Assembly: GCF_964355755.1 (NCBI RefSeq)
Contig: NC_092670.1
Location: 4,702,201 to 4,766,200, forward strand
From: Antedon mediterranea
Taxonomy: Eukaryota > Animalia > Echinodermata
Reading direction: 5' to 3'
DNA length: 64,000 nt
Position 1 is the first letter of the stretch; each line of letters begins with the position of its first letter. Under the pieces are notes generated by a model. That model saw nothing but the letters and a program-made list of their open reading frames with translations. It ran no database searches and was not told where the DNA came from. Below are positions 51,801 to 62,404 of the stretch, one piece after another. The position numbers and the translations under genes were made by a program.

Positions 51801-53125
51801 TATTAATATAAATTATTGATGACGTAGATATTAAAAGATGCGTGCTCAGTTATCAAATTCTGACTACACTGATCATATCCAACAATGTGATATATGATAT
51901 TAATATAAATTATTAATGAGGTAGATATTAAAAGATGCGTGCTCAGTTATCAAATTCTGACTACACTGATCATATCCAACAATGTGATATATGATATTAA
52001 TATAAATTATTAATGAGGTAGATATTGAAAGATGCGTGCTCAGTTATCAAATTCTGACTACACTGATCATATCCAACAATGTGATATATGATATTAATAT
52101 AAATTATTAATGAGGTAGATATTAAAAAATGCGTGCTCAGTTATCAAATTCTGACTACACTGATCATATCCAACAATGTGATATATGATATTAATATAAA
52201 TTATTAATGAGGTAGATATTGAAAGATGCGTGCTCAGTTATCAAATTCTGACTACACTGATCATATCCAACAATGTGATATATGATATTAATATAAATTA
52301 TTAATGAGGTAGATATTGAAAGATGCGTGCTCAGTTATCAAATTCTGACTACACTGATCATATCCAACAATGTGTATGTAGATTATTAATTGATGCGGTA
52401 GATATTGAAAGATGCGTGCTCAGTTATCAAATTCTGACTACACTGATCATATCCAACAATGTGATATATGATATTAATATAAATTATTAATGAGGTAGAT
52501 ATTTAAAGATGCGTGCTCAGTTATCAAATTACGACTACACTGATCATATCCAACAATGTGATATATGATATTAATATAAATTATTATTAAGGTAGATATT
52601 AAAAGATACGTGCTCAGTTATCAAATTCTGACTACACTGATCATATCCAACAATGTGATATATGATATTAATATAAATTATTAATGAGGTAGATATTTAA
52701 AGATGCGTGCTCAGTTATCAAATTACGACTACACTGATCATATCCAACAATGTGATATAGATTATTTATATTAATTTTGATGCGGTAGATATTTAAAGAT
52801 GCGTGCTCAGTTATCAAATGACGACTACACTGATCATATCCAACAATGTGATATAGATTATTAATAATAATTATTGATGATGTAGATATTAAAAGATACG
52901 TGCTCAGTTATCAAATTATGACTACACTGATCATATCCAACAATGTGATATATAATATTAATATTAAAATTGATGACGTAGATTCTAAAAGATGCCTGCT
53001 CAGTTATCAAATTATGACTACACTCATCATATTCAACAACGTGATATAGATTATTAATAATAATTATTGATGAGGTAGATGTGAGATGCGTGCTCAGTTA
53101 TCAAATTTTAACTACACTGATCATA
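48895..53125 (-). repeat. 97-bp satellite A in inverted orientation, ~43 copies
   Basis: Reverse complement of the 44.2-45.9 kb unit; ~855-bp internal block duplication (variant TGACTGCACTCATCATATTC at 50141 and 50996). Confidence 0.93.
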
Positions 53126-53768
53126 ATACTGTACACATAGTCCTTATGCAATTAGACATTGATTTAGTAGTACTACATATCATTTGTTAAATTAAGAATG
53201 TTGTTTCTGTGTTATTAAAAAACTTATTAAAATTTTTTAAAGTAAAAATATCAGTATTGATACCTATAAATTTGTATATCATAATAACATGCTTGATATT
53301 ATAATAATGTGTTCTTTATTACAACTAAGAAACAATTATGTACGAGGATTATACACACTGATAGCTCTCAGTTATCAATAAACGACTACACAATATAGCT
53401 CATTATATATATATTCATTCATGGAGTTATAAATTAGGGCTACATCAATTTGATAATAATTAGGCTAAAAACATAAAATGTAGCACAACTATATGAGTTT
53501 AACGACAGCCATTGGAATACAATATGGCATGCATATGCTATTAGTAAAAATTGTACCATCGGATCTATTTTAATAATTAGACTTCTTAAGGTTATGGTTC
53601 AAGCGAACCTCTACGCGTATCCCCTTCATCTACAATGAACCAACCCATGACATACCCACTTATTTCTTACATTAGTTCTTACGTCATCTTGATGTCGTAC
53701 AGTAGTTCAATACTACTGTATTGCTTTTAATTTACTAATCGTGATATATCACTGTTATATTTTATTAA

Positions 53769-54081
53769 AGATGTATTGTCCCCCAAAAACATGAAAAATG
53801 AAGATTAAATAAATCAGACTTTGAATGTTATTTTGTAGTTTTTTCCATAGAAAAAAAAATAATGTTTTCAAATTTCATGTATAAAATGACAAAATAAATA
53901 TTTAAATTCAACCAAACACCATTGGCTGGCAGCCAAATTGACAATTTTTGGCTTTAAATTACAGTTTTTCAGGTAAATATATATTTTGGATATTGTGGAT
54001 AACTATTATGTTACATTAAAATGACATATTATTTTAAAAAACATGTTGTTAAGAATTATTTTTTCAGGGGACAATACATCT
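53769..54081. mobile_element. Kolobok-type MITE, TTAA TSD
   Basis: ttaa|AGATGTATTGTCCCC...GGGGACAATACATCT|ttaa; inverted partial relative at ~60170-60361. Confidence 0.8.
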
Positions 54082-54667
54082 TTAAATTATTCAATTATAC
54101 ATAAAAAAAATACATTTTTCAGCTAAATTGCACTTTATAACAAAAAAGGATTAAAATAAAAAAAAATAAACACATTACAAATTTAAATCATTTATTAACC
54201 GTACTATTATTAAATTTGACTAGTCTTGTGACGCAGTGTTACATTACATTTTATCAGCCTTTATTAGAAAAGTTCACATTCATTTTGATTCGCTTTAACT
54301 GTATTTTGTGTCTTTTATGTGTAAACTGACTTTGGGGTTGGGTCAACCGGCTCAGCTACAGTGATTAAGTTCACTTAGGTTGACCTTGGTCTCTCCAATT
54401 TCAGTTTTTTTTTGTTTTGTATATACTGAAATAGACCAAATAAATAATGAAATGAAATGTTGTTGAGCAGCAGCAGCAACTTGTCAAAGTATGTTAAGTT
54501 CAATAACAATACAATTGAGTTCTTCAAGATAAACACTTGACCTACAGATATTTAGGCCAGCCCAAGACAGAGGTGCTACCTTGTGGTATGGTCTAATAGT
54601 AATAAATATATTTTATCTCCACTTCTTCACCAAACTTAAACGGGAGCTGTTTGTTCGATTTGTTTCC

Positions 54668-54726
54668 TCAACTCTTTTGTCCAAGACCAGCAAACATGTT
54701 ACTACCACGAAGATTTAGGTTCATTT
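54668..54726 (-). CDS. KICS2: KICS2 exon 11 (stop)
   Basis: TTTCAG|(E)MNLNLRGSNMFAGLGQKS-TGA; minus-strand AATAAA signals near 54260 and 54190. Confidence 0.85.
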
Positions 54727-57700
54727 CTGAAAAAGAAGGTAAAATAGAAAAAAAAACAATAGTGAATAAACACCTTCCTTAATCAAACGTTTCCATGTAA
54801 TCCAAATAAAAAACAAAGGCATAGAACAGGTTCAATCCATATGAAATTACCGTAAAACATTAAAAAGAAGCCCATGGGCTACTTGTTTTTAAGTACTCTT
54901 GGAAGAGCTTCTTTTTTCGAGATTGCTTTTGCAAACGAAAGAGCTTCTTTCCAAATTCATTCATTCATTCATTCATTCATCTTTTATTTCGGAAAAAAAT
55001 AATTAATTCTCCATACCTCAAGAACAAAGGAAACAAAAATATATATATATAACTATATTAAAAAAAACATATGTCACATAGTCACGTGGTAAAAATAATA
55101 GCTTTACAGGGGAAAATTTCATTTTTAAATTTTGTTTAGCAATATTGCTAATCAAACTGATTTTTTAGTCGAGAAACATAGTTTTGTATTGTATTTTTTG
55201 CTACACAAATTAAAAAATCGGTAGCAAAAAGGTTGTTTTGTATAGCTTTTTGCTATGCTACACTGGCGAAATTATTCCCTGCTTTATCCATCTACCATGT
55301 TGAATGGATAAAGGAGAATAATTGTGACAGCACACTTGAATATTCAGTTTAATATAGAATATGTAAAAAACTTAAGCTAGCACAGTAAAGTTTGTGAGCA
55401 TGTGCACTTGTGTGTTACGCTTGAATGCTTTCATACTTTTAGTTTACTTTTTTTAATGAATGTATTTTTAATGTATTTTTATAATTGTCAATTTTTACGA
55501 ATGTAATTCAGCTGCCTTTGTATTTTTGTGTTTTACTGAATAAAGATACCGAGAGATATATAATTAAAATCTTTAAAAAAGTCTTACCTTGCATGAATAA
55601 CTTTATATAAGAATCTCTCTCTGACTTTTTAAAGTTAAAAATTACAACCAAACTGAATCGTCCTTCTAACCTTGTTACGAAATATGTCATTGATTGAGTC
55701 TGAAAAGAAAAAAAATATTATAATTCAAATTTATGTTTTGGAAATCAAGGTACTGCAATTTCAACTTTATTGTACATAATGACAAGTAGTTGGTGGTGAG
55801 AAATAGTAAAAATAATTTTGATTTTTAACTTTTAAAAACAACAAAACAAATGATATGTTGTGGAATAAAAAGCTTGACAAATTGCAATCTATTCCTTCAA
55901 CAGTTACAGTACAACGCAAGGATGTGGACAGATGAACGGGGGCTGTTTGGTGGCAGCAATCGATACAAAGGGACCCTTAGGGGAGTAGAAAGTTAGTTGT
56001 GGTATGTGTCGTCCACACCTGTGCACAATTCAGCCCAGTAGACTGCAAGGTTATTCCCCCACTTACATGCAGGCACTCCACAAGTAATTTGACCAATCAT
56101 AACACAATGGATTATCCAAACTATCGCTTGTGAACTCACTTATGTTGTGCCTTGGACGTTGCGTCCATGTAGGAACCAAGCTTATGTGCCCGGCGCCCTC
56201 GGCAACCGTAATAGAAGAGATCTTACCTTATCAAATGAGTAGATTACTCTGTCTAGGTCTGTCAACTCTGCTGCTTTACTGTTCAAAAGCATCACAACCA
56301 TTGGCCATAACTTAATAGGTGGCTTCTCCTACAAATAATAAGTGTATATCTTAATAAAAATGAATTCTTATATATACAAATTACACCAATACAAAAAGGT
56401 TAGGGTTGGGTTTAAAATTTCTATCTTCAATTATAAAATAACCCCACATATTTTTCGATAGCTTTTTTTGTATTGTAACTAGGTAAAAATATTTTTTTCC
56501 TGTGATCTTTTGATCTTTACAATTTTTTCATTCAGAAATTTACATAAATGGGAGTCAATTTTGATGAATTACCTATTTTATAAAAAAAAAAGGATTACAT
56601 TACTAAATTTCATGATGGTTGTTCTGCTTCATCACTTTCGAAAAATAAGTGGGCTATTATTTATACAAAAAAAAACCCCAATAAAAATGTTACGGTTCAT
56701 AAAACATTACAAAAGTTACAAATAATCCTGTATTCATATTATTATTATTATCAATCAGAAAGGGTAATTTACAATTGGAACCTAAGATAAAGATAACTTT
56801 TATTGATCCTCAAAAAGGAAATTCATTGCTCGTCATAATAAAAAACAAAAGAAAACACAATAAATACAAATATAGCATATAACCATTCATATAAAAACAT
56901 CTAAAAAATACAAAATAAGTTAAGTTATCTTCTGGACTTCCTGTTGTACTGGATGATACTGGAGGGAATAAAGGATTTGGCATATCGATTTGTTTTTACA
57001 CTGAGGAGCCTCAATCTACCACTTGGATTAAGTTGGTCTATTATACAGCTTTATTGTACTGATTACTGTAAAATTACCAAATGTGATTCAATATTAACCC
57101 GTTAGTGTTCTCTGTTCAGGATGTTTGCTTACCTCAGGATATGAGAAGATTGCTGGGTAGCTATCTAGGCCTGTAGGTACCTCATGTGGGCTGTCTGGAT
57201 GGTGGTAACCATGCCCTTTAAACACCTCCTTAGCATTGTTTGTATCATACACTAATGACACATTCATTGCATCTGCCTTTTTGTGAAATGCAATTATTCT
57301 TTATTGAAAAAAGAAAGTAATAAATGTGATTTATTATATGTTTGCACTACTCTGACGTAATACATATAGTACATATAGTACATTTGAGAGTACTGTACCG
57401 GTAATATTCGGGTGGGACCCGAACCCATAAAACCCAGATAACTTTGCAGTAGGTGTTTATACGATACAGTACAGTTGAAAGCAGTACAAAAAAGCAGCAT
57501 TCACATAACTAATGCAACCAAAAACTTTACAGAATTTGTTTCGAAAAAAAGTCCCCCTCTTTAGTTTGTAAAATAGTCTCGAAAAGAAGCCCATCCAAGA
57601 GTACTAAAAAAATGGGCTTCTTTTCAAGGTTTTACAGTATCTAGTTAAAAAGTCATGCTTTGCTGATCCAACACATACACAAACTAAAAGTGGAGAAAAG

Positions 57701-60700
57701 TAATGCAAGTACATGACCCACCCCAATAAATATAACATATAAAGATAATATGTGGTATATAAAATTTAAAAAGTTAAAGTTACAGTAATCAGCCTCCAGT
57801 TATATTAAGTCAATCTCAAGATCAAAAGAGGGCTATTACTTAACGGCAGTAATATATTAACATACATACTTTGCTCGATAGTCAATCAGTAGGTTTGAGA
57901 GATGACCTTTGAGGTCAGCCTGCTTGCATAGACTTCCATAGAAATATAAACTAAACTGAAAAGACAAAATATAATGTATTAATATTGGATATAAAATAAA
58001 GTCAACCTGTTTGATTGTCTGTTTATTTTATGAAGTCATTCGTTAGTCGGTTATGGCTTACCAATATGGCACCGCCTTATTAATTGAATGTTTTTGCCGT
58101 TACTATGGGGCTATATGAGGATATCTGAATGTATCCGTCTGAGTGAGCGGAAAAGCAATAGTGAACATAATCAATGTAAAATGCCTAGATGATGATGAAG
58201 ACAATTTATGTCAAACAAGCATTTGTCAAATTATAGAAGCAACATGACACAACACATGCACTTAATAGCGTAAATGCTTTCATTGCAACATAAATGTTGT
58301 TATTCTCACTCCTGAGGACGACCAAAGCATGTTGATGGAAACGTACGTCGAGGAACTCAACAGTTCTTTTCAGAACTAATATACGTAGTGTACCGCAAAC
58401 TTTATATCAACATTTGATTTCGCCATGCAAACCTTCAAACAATAATGTATAAACAATCTAACCTTTGACACCTGGGCTGCTTTGAACCTGGCAAGCCATT
58501 GGTAGAGGGGTGGCACTCCTACTGTTTTGGATGGGATTGCAACACCAGACTTTTTACCCTATAGCACATAACACAAAACAACTATTATTAATATTTATTG
58601 TCGCTTGAGTATTAGTATAATAATATGTGCATGTGTGTTTGCCTTAAGCACTGTTATTATTATCAGCTAAAATGGTCATTAGGTGCACAAACACACACAT
58701 GTGCATTAGTGTATGTTTGTATAGTTTATCCATTTTAAATTATAATCTGAAGAAACTGTTTTCAGAAGAAACATATTTTGAATGTTGCCAAGACAACATA
58801 ACTTTGACACAAAGGTTAATTTATTAGTGTCTTCTGTATGACATACTATGATACCGTACCTCCTTAAATCTAATATTAGCGCCAAGATTCTCTAATTTAC
58901 TGTGCACGTTGTGAAGCTGCAGTAACGTTGGTAGGAACAGCCAATCCAGCATATGGTGATGGGCCTTAAGCAAGCTCTGCAGCACCTCTAACTCTAAAGT
59001 AAAGCATTGTTTGATTGGGCTTAGCAAGGGGTGATGGAAATGATCCCCATGTCTGTAGGGAAAAAACATTATCGATTTTGTTATTTTATTATTTGCCTAT
59101 ATAAACATAAAAATCTATTGAATAAATTGGCCGAGAAGAAAACAAAACATGATTTAAGACCATTTAAATATTAAGATTAAAAAGTATCAACAAATCCTAT
59201 ATCATTTTGTATACTATACATCATTTTTTAATAAACCAGTTGTATAGATTTAGCTATTAAACATAGTTGGGGATGGCTTGTTTTCAGGTTTATTTTGATT
59301 TGGCAGAGGGTGATGAAAGTGCAGACTATGTCTGATGGAATATTCCTATCCTTTGTACAGTAGGCCTACATGATGTACTAGCTTGACATTATTGTAATGA
59401 AGGCGATGACTATTTTATGATACCTTAATAATGAGATATTACATTTTAAATATGTATTTAAAAATATGTTTTTTATTTTGAGAATAACATACGTGGCAGT
59501 GAGGCGATCCACAATGCTTAGGAGCTCTCCATAGTCTACGTCCGTTCTCTGATTCACCATTGGACAAAGTTTGTCATAGCTAAATATAACATAATACAGC
59601 ATTAGAATCTCACATTATTTTGTTTTCATAGTGTTTCGAACCTCTCAAATCCCCCCAAATAACAGGAGTTTCTTGACACTTTATAAGTGATCTCTTGTCT
59701 CTCACTAAAGTGTGATTTCTTCCAATTATGTTGGATATCCAAAAACCAAAATCGGAAAGTGAATTGGCTATTCCTCATCCAACTCTTTAGAAAGACTTGA
59801 TGAAAATTAACCAATATTTATAGCCAACTGATTTACAGGTAACACTGCTTTCACTGTTCCTACAGTACTTACAATTCTACTGTTTCAGCCCGTGCTTCGC
59901 AAAAATTATGAATTTGTTTGCATATATGAGATAAAAAAGAGTTGATTTGTTGCACTGCGCCAGGTTGACCGGGTCCATTTATCTCAAAGCTGCTCAAATC
60001 CGTTACTAGACCTGTGTATGTCAACCTCATTGATTGCTGCAATAAAAATAATCTAAAAATGTATTGTATTGTTAAATGATTATGAGGATAGGGAATTTGA
60101 TAAATGAATGAAATAAAACACTGTGATCCACTAATATTATTAAGAATATTGCATTTAAAGTAATAAAAAAAACTTTTTTTTTTTAAATGCCAAATCATTT
60201 ACCTGAAAAACTGTAATTTAACGCAAAATAGCGTTTCATTAAATTTATAAGTGAAATAATTTTTTTTCTATGAAAATGAAAAAATTTGAATAAAACTGCA
60301 AAATGGCCTATTTAAGTCTGATTTACTAATCTTCAGTTTTTGGGGGATAATACATTTTTAAGGCACTTTTTTATTCTATGCATAGATTAACATCACGTTG
60401 AAATCCAATTCCAAAATCCTAGTACTGTACACTGTTTTTTTTGCAAAGATTTGTGGGGTTTGTGTAAATGTTACATTTTTTATACAAACCATCAATCAAT
60501 AGCAATTTGTTTTCAAAATAAAGAAATTATTAAGGAACACTATTACTGTACTAGCTGAAAAAAATCACAATTTTACTGAGCCAATACTTCAAATCAATTG
60601 CTCTGGAAAACGACTGTACCTCCTTTTTACCAAATAACCACTTGGGGTTTAAGTATGTGAGAGATGCATAGTTTTTTTCTGCTACTGCTAATCGTGACAG

Positions 60701-62026
60701 CATACTCAGCATGCTCACCCATGTTGAGGAATTAGACTGGCTTCGAACCACTTCCCTCTCCTTTTCCTAAAAGAAGAAAAACCGCACCATAAATTTTGTG
60801 TAGTTTTGTTTATTAAAATATTACAATATACTGTAGGCCTAGGCTAGGCCTACTATTTACTGAACTTTAAACAGGAGACCAAAATTAGCAATTAATACTA
60901 ATACTGTACTGTTCTGTACGATGTTGGATCGAACGGGATCCAGTCAAGTCGCCCCATCGCAAAGTCGCCCCATACAAAGTCGCCCAATACAAAGTCGCCC
61001 CATCGCAAAGTCGCCCCAAAACAAAGTCGCCCAGGCACACAGTCGCCCCATCGCAAAGTCGCCCCATTACAAAGTCGCCCCAGCGCAAAGTCGCCCCAAC
61101 GCAAAGTCGCCCCATCGCAAAGGCGCCCCATCGCAAAGTCGCCCACGGTTTTATTTCGGTATGATTATGAAGCGCCGCCGTAGTAGTACGCTGTTTTAAT
61201 CATATCGGTTGCGTTTGATATCGATTGCGTTGTTACTTTGGTCGCGCTAAATGTCGTATAGGCCTAGGCCTACATTACAATGTTTATCCTATTATATACA
61301 TAATTTGTGTTTTAATTTTTATTTTACAGGTTTTAATGAAGTGCTTTTTAAAAATCATTAAAAAAATAGTCCCTTGTTTGAAAGTTCTAAAAAGATTATC
61401 CCTGATTTATAGTTTCGAAAATGTTAAATTAGTTACCAGAGCCACAATTACGAATCTTTCTTCAACCTACGCCTGGATACCAGCTCATTTTTGACTTTGC
61501 GATAGGGCGACTTTGTGATGGGGCGACTTTGCGATGGGGCGACTTTGCGTTGGGGCGACTTTGCGATGGGGCGACTTTGCGATGGGGCGACTGTGTCGGG
61601 GCGACTTTGTTTTGGGGCGACTTTGCGATGGGGCGACTGTGTAAGGGGCGACTTTGTATGGGGCGACTTTGCGATGGGGCGACTTGACTAGCATCCGATC
61701 GAACAAGGCAATTGGCTTGGAGCGAACCGACCACAGACACAGGTCTATCTTCCATGTCCTACGTCTGGCACCTTTGCCAACAATCATGCTAGGCCTACTA
61801 GTCTAGGTAGTAGGCCTAGGTAGTAGGCCATAGAGGCCTAGCTAGGCTAGGCCTAGCTAGGCTAGGCCTAGCTAGGCTAGGCCTAGCTTTTTTTGCTTAC
61901 CACTAGTTCTTTTGCCCGGTCATAATTGTACTGCCCCAACGCCACAAAGTATACCTCAAGAATAGATTGTTCAGGTACGGATGTGGACTGGTGTTCTGAA
62001 GAAACATTATTTGTGTTAACTGCCAT
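54668..62026 (-). CDS. KICS2: KICSTOR complex subunit 2 (C12orf66 homolog), complete, 11 exons, 445 aa
   Basis: Exons 62026-61901, 60766-60620, 60036-59873, 59579-59493, 59052-58860, 58558-58463, 57955-57870, 57298-57133, 56328-56227, 55699-55588, 54726-54668 sum to 1338 nt in frame. Motifs EQSILEVYF..YDRAKE, EKERE, FHHPLLSP, FSLYF, FKGHGYHHP, YPAIFSYP, KKSERDS match KICS2. Confidence 0.93.
55588..55699 (-). CDS. KICS2: KICS2 exon 10
   Basis: TTTCAG|TQSMTYFVTRLEGRFSLVVIFNFKKSERDSYIKLFMQ G|GTAAGA. Confidence 0.9.
56227..56328 (-). CDS. KICS2: KICS2 exon 9
   Basis: TTGTAG|EKPPIKLWPMVVMLLNSKAAELTDLDRVIYSFDK|GTAAGA. Confidence 0.88.
56785..57035 (-). mobile_element. 3' fragment of a Rex1/Babar-like LINE in KICS2 intron 8
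   Basis: Remnant frame LNPSGRLRLLSVKTNRYAKSFIPSSIIQYN; tail AATTTCC...GGATCAATAAAAG. Confidence 0.7.
57133..57298 (-). CDS. KICS2: KICS2 exon 8
   Basis: AATAAAG|A IIAFHKKADAMNVSLVYD...FKGHGYHHPDSPHEVPTGLDSYPAIFSYPE|GTAAGC (AAG acceptor). Confidence 0.9.
57870..57955 (-). CDS. KICS2: KICS2 exon 7
   Basis: TTTCAG|FSLYFYGSLCKQADLKGHLSNLLIDYRA AA|GTATGT. Confidence 0.88.
58308..58353 (+). ncRNA. degenerate type I hammerhead ribozyme (Penelope/retrozyme-type)
   Basis: ctc-CTGAGGA-cgacca..tgatgg-AAA-C-gtac-G-TC-gag: CUGANGA core, imperfect stem II, GAAA, short stem III with palindromic loop, GUC site, stem I ctc/gag. Confidence 0.55.
58463..58558 (-). CDS. KICS2: KICS2 exon 6
   Basis: CTATAG|GKKSGVAIPSKTVGVPPLYQWLARFKAAQVSK|GTTAGA. 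Confidence 0.88.
58860..59052 (-). CDS. KICS2: KICS2 exon 5
   Basis: CTACAG|A HGDHFHHPLLSPIKQCFTLELEVLQSLLKA...HSKLENLGANIRFKE|GTACGG. Confidence 0.9.
59493..59579 (-). CDS. KICS2: KICS2 exon 4
   Basis: TTTAG|C YDKLCPMVNQRTDVDYGELLSIVDRLTA AC|GTATGT. Confidence 0.88.
59873..60036 (-). CDS. KICS2: KICS2 exon 3
   Basis: TTGCAG|QSMRLTYTGL...FLSHICKQIHNFCEARAETVE TT|GTAAGT. Confidence 0.88.
60620..60766 (-). CDS. KICS2: KICS2 exon 2
   Basis: TTTTAG|EKEREVVRSQSNSSTWVSMLSMLSRLAVAEKNYASLTYLNPKWLFGKKE|GTACAG. Confidence 0.9.
60935..61696. mobile_element. MULE-like MITE with tandem-repeat TIRs in KICS2 intron 1, 8(-9)-bp TSD GATCGAAC
   Basis: gatcgaac|GGGATCCAGTCAAGTCGCCCC...GGGGCGACTTGACTAGCATCC|gatcgaac; ~16-17-bp unit AAAGTCGCCCCATCGC x~12 in each arm. 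Confidence 0.82.
61901..62026 (-). CDS. KICS2: KICS2 exon 1
   Basis: MAVNTNNVSSEHQSTSVPEQSILEVYFVALGQYNYDRAKELV|GTAAGC. Confidence 0.9.
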
Positions 62027-62299
62027 AAAAAACAGACGGTAATAATACAGTAGTTATTAATTTGGTGTGTTTTCCTAAAAAAAAGAACATAATATGTATT
62101 AAAACATGCGTCATAGTTGTATGTTTGCGTTATTCACACAATGTGATTTTGTAATAAAAGAATATTTAGATGACGCGTCACTACTTTGTATAACGCACAT
62201 AACGCACATTGAAGAAGCGTTTTACCGGCAGCAGCAAAATTCGCCAGTTTAATAAAAAAAAATATTACGCGTGTTTTATATTAATTAAAGTAAATAAAA
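62027..62299. promoter_or_regulatory. bidirectional promoter KICS2/SNRNP40
   Basis: 273 bp between divergent ATGs; palindrome TGACGCGTCA at 62171-62180; tandem ATAACGCAC x2. Confidence 0.75.
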
Positions 62300-62404
62300 A
62301 TGGATATAAAGCGAAAAGCTGTTGAGATGGCCATAGTACCATCAAAAAGAAGAAAAAATGAGATTGTTGCTGTTACTGATCAGCATAGACAGTTGATGGA
62401 ATCG
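62300..62404 (+). CDS. SNRNP40: SNRNP40 exon 1
   Basis: ATG at 62300; ...QLMES|GTATGT. Confidence 0.88.

Noticed and set aside
44235-53125. CRISPR-like appearance (conserved block alternating with variable AT block)
   Set aside because: The variable parts are homologous to each other rather than unique spacers; eukaryotic context; no cas genes.
60885-61787. WGDF/KSPH repeat ORFs
   Set aside because: Translations of the MITE arm repeats.
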